The notes under the pieces are model-generated. The model was not told the DNA's origin. It searched no databases and worked only from the letters and a program-made list of their open reading frames with translations. Made by a program: the position numbers and the translations under genes. This document shows, piece after piece, positions 63,254 through 64,000 of a stretch of 64,000 nucleotides of DNA. The stretch spans positions 695-64,694 of the forward strand of contig CALKLF010000005.1 of NCBI GenBank assembly GCA_937992175.1, given 5' to 3'. This DNA comes from an uncultured Fimbriimonadales bacterium. Its GTDB lineage: Bacteria; Armatimonadota; Fimbriimonadia; Fimbriimonadales; GBS-DC. The number at the start of each line of letters is the position of its first letter. Position 1 is the first letter of the stretch.

Positions 63254-64000
63254 ATGAACCGTGAAGCGTTAATCCAGTGGATTGAAGACCACACAGAGGA
63301 GATGGTTCGTGATTTTCAGGCGTTGCTGCGTGCGCCCAGCGTACGCAGCGAAGATCAGTCACCCGGCGCGCCGTTCGGCAGGGGCGTCCGTGAGGCACTC
63401 GATGCCACGCTGGCGATGGGGGAGCGTTTCGGGTTGAACCCGCGTGATTTCGACGGCTATGCGTGCGATATGACGATTGGCGACGGCGCGGAGATGGTCG
63501 CCTCGCTGAGCCACATCGATGTCGTACCACCCGGCAACGACTGGAGTTATCCTCCCTTCGGCGCAGAGATTCACGACGGCTTCATCTATGCGCGCGGCGC
63601 AACCGACAATAAGGGCGCGACCTTAGCGAGTATCTACGCGATCCGGGCATTGAAAGAACTGGGCGTTCCACTCGCGCGGCGCGTGCGCCTGATTATCGGC
63701 TGTGACGAGGAGAGCCGCTGGGAGTGCATGCGCTACTACATGGAAAAAGAGACGGAGCGACCCGTGTGGGGGGTCAGTCCTGACGCCGGCTGGCCCTTCA
63801 TCTACGGCGAGAAGGGGATTGCGAACCTTTATCTGGAAAAGACAATAGAGCCGACCGACGGCGTGCGCGTCGTCTGGGCGAGAGGCGGTGAACGCCACAA
63901 TATGGTTCCTGACCGCGCCGAAGCGCTGCTCAATACGCCGCTGCAGCCGAACACGAGCATCGAGGGTGTGGAGTGGCAGCCCGACCCTGCGGGCTGGCGC
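63254..64000 (+). CDS. M20-family dipeptidase (PepV/Sapep-like), 3'-truncated by the window end
   Basis: Hand translation, not in the ORF track because no stop falls in the window: MNREALIQWIEDHTEEMV...SHIDVVPPGNDWSYPPFGAEIHDGFIYARGATDNKGA...IIGCDEESRWECM. Confidence 0.8.
   Translation, partial: MNREALIQWIEDHTEEMVRDFQALLRAPSVRSEDQSPGAPFGRGVREALDATLAMGERFGLNPRDFDGYACDMTIGDGAEMVASLSHIDVVPPGNDWSYPPFGAEIHDGFIYARGATDNKGATLASIYAIRALKELGVPLARRVRLIIGCDEESRWECMRYYMEKETERPVWGVSPDAGWPFIYGEKGIANLYLEKTIEPTDGVRVVWARGGERHNMVPDRAEALLNTPLQPNTSIEGVEWQPDPAGWR

Overview
GC-rich bacterial chromosomal window with about 50 protein genes. I recognised no rRNA, tRNA, CRISPR array, transposase or integrase. The gene content points to a diderm: a phosphate-porin-like beta-barrel, an LptD-like beta-barrel and a PEP-CTERM protein. 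A deep-branching lineage such as Armatimonadota is only a guess.

Housekeeping genes read with high confidence: purE, lepA, nagA, rpsA, coaE, nadE, thiO-thiS, rmlB, fucI, porin-pstSCAB, ctaB with a cox-III-like gene and SCO, lpdA, pheT, pckA, dnaJ and rpoZ.

The most unusual region is a co-directional six-gene block on the + strand (11.3-27.1 kb):
- an ~1850-aa TolB-propeller / CarboxypepD_reg protein;
- an S8 subtilase;
- an 897-aa secreted protein;
- two proteins with a CsgG/LpoB-like domain;
- an Ig-like plus beta-barrel outer-membrane protein.

The first three share a ~430-aa C-terminal tripartite module. It ends in a FlgD-Ig / T9SS-CTD-like domain with a conserved ...PL(I/V)(L/V)(T/A)R* terminus. 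I interpret this as a candidate lineage-specific surface-display or secretion module. That is inference.

Other notable signals:
- A recurrent GGTAnnnT -10 box sits 6-9 nt upstream of 12 start codons, implying widespread leaderless mRNAs.
- A dispersed family of G/C-run nested-hairpin repeats occurs in four intergenic regions.
- A tandem pair of membrane FHA proteins.
- A split (two-gene) glutamine-dependent NAD synthetase in a thiS-thiO operon.
- A lower-GC orphan DNA methyltransferase.
- A Fido-domain protein with a degenerate active-site motif.
- Decayed toxin-antitoxin remnants.

All calls come from reading the ORF translations and the sequence by eye. No database search was run.
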